NCBI GenBank assembly: GCA_963709345.1
Contig: CAVPVX010000004.1
Coordinates: 128,001 to 192,000 of the forward strand
Source: an uncultured Actinomycetes bacterium
Lineage (GTDB): Bacteria > Actinomycetota > Thermoleophilia > UBA2241
Direction of reading: 5' to 3'
DNA length: 64,000 nt
Under the pieces are notes generated by a model. It saw nothing but the letters and a program-made list of their open reading frames with translations. It was not told the origin of the DNA and searched no databases. Position numbers and translations under genes: made by a program. The stretch's first letter is position 1. Every line of letters begins with the position of its first letter. Shown here piece by piece: positions 60,601 to 64,000 of the stretch.

Positions 60601-61343
60601 CGGCGTAGGAGCCGCTCCAGAAGGTCTTCTTCGCGAGCTTGGCTCCCGTGCCCGAGAAGACGAGCAGTTGCGCCTTCGCGGCGCTCCTGGCGTAGAGCAC
60701 GAGGCCGTCGCCGCGGCCATCGCCGGTCACGTCGCCGGCGGCGAGCTGGGCCTTGGACCAGACGAGCCCGGAGCGCGCCGAGAAGGCGAGCGACTGCTTG
60801 AACTTGCTTCCGGTGGAGAGAAAGCGATAGAGGGCGACGCCGGAGCGGCCACGGTTGTAGAGGGCAAGGAGGTCGTCACGACCGTCGCGGTCGAGGTCGC
60901 TGACGGCGAGCTTGACCTTCGCCCTGTGCGAAGGCTCCTCGCTTCGACGTCCAGGCGGTGACCTGCTTCGCGGCGTAGCCGTCGCTCCGGTAGACGAGGA
61001 GGCGCGAGCGACCGCGGCCGAGGTCGTAGAGGGCGATGCCGTCGGCGATGCCGTCGCCGTTCACGTCGCCGGCGACGAAGCTGGCCTTGCGGGTGTCGAA
61101 GGCGCCCTTCTTGCTGCGCCACAGCTCGCGCTCGGTGAAGGCGCCATCCTCGGCGAGGAGCTGTACGAGGGCGGCCTGCTTGCCGCCGAGGTCGCGCAGC
61201 ACGAGGGTGTCGTAGCGGCCGGCGGCGTTGGCCGTGGTCTCGGCCGCAGCGAGAGGAGGCGCGAGGAAGATCGGGATGAGGAATGCGATCATCAGGGTCG
61301 CGGCCAGCGCTCCGAGACGAACGGGTCGGTGGGCAAGGTCCAT
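57659..61343 (-). CDS. Large secreted protein: FG-GAP-like repeats + carboxypeptidase-regulatory-like (Ig/transthyretin-fold) domains + C-terminal LamG-like domain; three frameshifts
   Basis: Signal peptide; five D-x-x-D-G-x-x-D repeats; three G...D..G.P...A...G.Y units; WYHIAAVY....KLFVNG; frame changes near 60927, 59870 and 58255. Confidence 0.78.
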
Positions 61344-61680
61344 GGCTTCCCCTTTGGCTCGTGGAGCGCCCCCCAAGGCGACTCCTCGAGGCACGCCCAT
61401 CACCCGCGGGCGTCGACCTCATGCATCTCACAATGTACTCGTCGGCTCGGCGCTTGCCTACCCCCCGAGTGCTGCGTGAGTCGGGCGGCACTCTGCGCTG
61501 GCTTCCTGCTTGCCTCCTCTGCACGCGTGCGTGCCCGGCCGCATACGCCGCGCAGGGGCCATGCGCTCGTCCGCGCATGCTCGCGGCGCCATAGAAGGCG
61601 CAGGGGGTCGTCGGCGCCGCCGGCATCACCTTCCCTCACGCCCGACCGGCCTCGGACCAGACGTCACGGAAAGGGTGGAC

Positions 61681-64000
61681 ATGAGCACACCAGACCCAGC
61701 TCTCGCACCTGCGTCCCCCACGGCGTCGTCAGCGGACGCGTGGTACGCGCGGTCACCGGAGGGCGTCGCCGCGCACTTCTCCGTCGACCCGTCCGGCGGC
61801 CTCTCGGCGGCCACGGCGGCGGAGCTGCTCACGCAGCACGGCCCCAACGCTCTGCCGGCCGAGAAGCCCAAGCCCGAGTGGCGACGCTTCCTGGACGAGT
61901 ACCGCAGCTACATGCAGATCATCCTGCTGGTCGCCGCCGTCGTGTCGATCGCCATCGGGCAGTTCCACACCGGTGTCATGGTGCTGATCCTCACAGTGAT
62001 CAACGCCGTCGTCGGCCTGCGCGAAGAAGGCAAGGCCGAGAGCGCCATGAACGCGCTCAAGTCGATGATGAAGGCCACCGCGCGGGTGCGTCGCGACGGC
62101 GCGGAGGCACAGATCGCGGCCGAGGGGGTGGTCGCCGGCGATGTCGTGCTCATCGCCGCCGGCGACCAGGTCCCGGCCGACGGGCGCATTGTCCAGGCCA
62201 GCGCCCTGCAGATCGATGAGTCGGCGCTGACCGGCGAGAGCGTGCCCGCGTCCAAAGACGCGGGCACGCTCTCCGGCATGGGTCTGGGCCCGGGCGATCA
62301 GTCCAACATGGCCTTCATGAACACGCCCGTCACGCACGGCAGCGGCGTGGTGATCGTCACCGGCACCGGCGCGGACACCGAGGTCGGCAAGATCGCCGGG
62401 ATGCTCTCCGCGACCAAGGCCGAGGAGACGCCGCTCACGCAGCAGCTCGACCGCATGACCCTCTGGATCGGCGCCGCGGCGGGCCTGACGATGATCGCGA
62501 TGTTCGTCCTCGGCCTGTCGCGCGGCCAGGCGTGGGACGCGCTGTTCGTGACCGCCATCGCTCTGGCGATCGCGGCCATCCCCGAGGCGCTGCCGACCGT
62601 CTCCCAGGTCATCCTCTCCATGGGCGCCATGGATCTGGCCAAACGCAACGCCATCGTCAAGAACCTCTCCTCGGTCGAGACCCTGGGCTCCACGTCGGCG
62701 ATCAACTCCGACAAGACCGGCACGCTGACCATGAACCAGATGACGGTGGTGGAGGTGCTTGACCTCACCGATCGCTGGTCGATCACCGGCACCGGGTACG
62801 GCCTGGACGGCGAGGTCAAGCACTCGCTGGGCGCGTCACCGTCGATCGACGACGCGATCCTGCCGTTCGTCATCGCCAACGACGCCAAGCTCGAAGACGG
62901 CAAGGTGGTCGGCGATCCCACCGAGGGTGCGATGCTGGTGCTCGCGCACAAGGCCGGGCTGCACGTCGACGGCACGAGGGAGAAGTTCCCGCGCCTGGCG
63001 ACGCTGCCCTTCGACCCCACGTACAAGCTCATGGCGACCTTCAACACGGCCACCGACGCGACCGGGAAGCAGGTGGTGCGCTGCTTCGTCAAAGGCGCCG
63101 CCCCGGCCGTAGGGAGCCGCTCGACCAAGGTGATGTCCGGCGGCACGAGCGTCGCCGTGGACGACGACTTGAGGGAGAAGGCCGCCGGCGCCTCCCGGCG
63201 GCTGGGGGAGCAGGGCCTCCGGGTCATGGCGGCGGCGTACCGCGACCTGGACGCCGCCACCTTCGACCCCGGCGGTGACCTGCTGGCTTACGTCGCCGAC
63301 CTGCACCTGACGAGCATAGTCGGCATGATCGACCCGCCGCGGGCCGAGTCGGCGGCGGCGGTGAAACAGGCGCAGGAGGCGCACATCCGGGTGCGCATGG
63401 TGACCGGCGACGACGTCGTCACCGGCGCCGCCGTGGCCAGACAGGTGGGAATCCCCGGCGAGGCCATCCTGGGCGCCGACTTCGCGGCGCTCGGCGAGGA
63501 CGAGCAGCTGAAGCGGATCGACGACATCGGCGTCGTCGGCCGCGTGGCGCCTGAGCACAAGGTGCTGCTTGTGGAGACGCTCAAGAAGAGGGGCGACGTG
63601 GTGGCGATGACCGGCGACGGCGTCAACGACGCGCCTGCGATCAAGGCCGCCGACATCGGCATCGCCATGGGCACCGGCACCGAGGTGGCCAAGAACGCCG
63701 GCCGCATGATCCTGCAGGACGACGACTTCGCCACGATCGTGTACGCCGTGGAACAGGGCCGCAAGCTGTTCGACAACCTCAACAAGTACATCGCCTTCGT
63801 GCTGATCACGCTGGCCGCCTTCGTGCTCACCTTCCTCGGGGCGACGATCTTCAACATCCTCGCCGGCGAGCCGTTCACGGCCACGCAGATCCTGTGGATC
63901 AACTTCCTTGTCGACGCGCCGCTCGGTGTGGCGCTCGGCTTCGACCTGGAGACCCCCGGGCTCATGCGCAGGACACCGCGTCCGCGCAACGCTTCCATCC
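61681..64000 (+). CDS. Cation-transporting P-type ATPase (type II-like), runs off window
   Basis: ATG at 61681; DESALTGES, PEALP, DKTGT, DPPR, TGD, GDGVNDAPA, QILWIN. Confidence 0.93.
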   Translation, partial: MSTPDPALAPASPTASSADAWYARSPEGVAAHFSVDPSGGLSAATAAELLTQHGPNALPAEKPKPEWRRFLDEYRSYMQIILLVAAVVSIAIGQFHTGVMVLILTVINAVVGLREEGKAESAMNALKSMMKATARVRRDGAEAQIAAEGVVAGDVVLIAAGDQVPADGRIVQASALQIDESALTGESVPASKDAGTLSGMGLGPGDQSNMAFMNTPVTHGSGVVIVTGTGADTEVGKIAGMLSATKAEETPLTQQLDRMTLWIGAAAGLTMIAMFVLGLSRGQAWDALFVTAIALAIAAIPEALPTVSQVILSMGAMDLAKRNAIVKNLSSVETLGSTSAINSDKTGTLTMNQMTVVEVLDLTDRWSITGTGYGLDGEVKHSLGASPSIDDAILPFVIANDAKLEDGKVVGDPTEGAMLVLAHKAGLHVDGTREKFPRLATLPFDPTYKLMATFNTATDATGKQVVRCFVKGAAPAVGSRSTKVMSGGTSVAVDDDLREKAAGASRRLGEQGLRVMAAAYRDLDAATFDPGGDLLAYVADLHLTSIVGMIDPPRAESAAAVKQAQEAHIRVRMVTGDDVVTGAAVARQVGIPGEAILGADFAALGEDEQLKRIDDIGVVGRVAPEHKVLLVETLKKRGDVVAMTGDGVNDAPAIKAADIGIAMGTGTEVAKNAGRMILQDDDFATIVYAVEQGRKLFDNLNKYIAFVLITLAAFVLTFLGATIFNILAGEPFTATQILWINFLVDAPLGVALGFDLETPGLMRRTPRPRNASI

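Noticed and set aside
61344-61680. Possible riboswitch in the intergenic region between the surface protein and the ATPase
   Set aside because: No recognisable c-di-GMP, c-di-AMP or yybP consensus by eye; an Infernal/Rfam scan would be needed.
1-64000. Numerous long antisense or alternate-frame ORFs in the track (for example 227-1594, 6721-8367, 10481-11983, 35760-37385)
   Set aside because: Shadow ORFs expected in very high-GC DNA; Arg/Pro/Gly-rich, no motifs, and they overlap well-supported genes.
1-64000. CRISPR array, transposase, integrase or phage genes
   Set aside because: No regularly spaced repeats and no recombinase, transposase or phage motifs were recognised in any frame.

Overview
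High-GC bacterial DNA. The promoters (TTGAC-N17/18-TAGACT type) and the gene content look actinobacterial, possibly a Thermoleophilia/Coriobacteriia-like (micro)anaerobe; this taxonomy is inference only. The window holds about 60 CDS, mostly metabolic and transport genes: fumC, gad, cls, ilvE, livKHMGF, a Ni/Co ECF transporter with nikR, MFS/TetR, an ABC-2 exporter, an acyl-CoA ligase, perR-katA-prxU, a large FG-GAP surface protein and a partial P-type ATPase. Highlights: (1) An intact tRNA-Ala(TGC) at 41949-42024 is flanked by a copy of its promoter plus 5' half 8.9 kb upstream and a copy of its 3' half 1.2 kb downstream. Both copies end at the same TGCACGGC core, no integrase is present, and the enclosed DNA is rich in 5'-truncated gene fragments and a degenerate tRNA. 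(2) Two peroxiredoxin-fold selenoproteins are hidden in the ORF track by in-frame TGA codons, each followed by a SECIS-like hairpin. (3) Direct-repeat NikR-like operators lie between divergent nikMN and nikR-Q-O. Several genes carry short indel frameshifts that probably reflect long-read assembly error. All family assignments come from motif recognition by eye; no database search was run.
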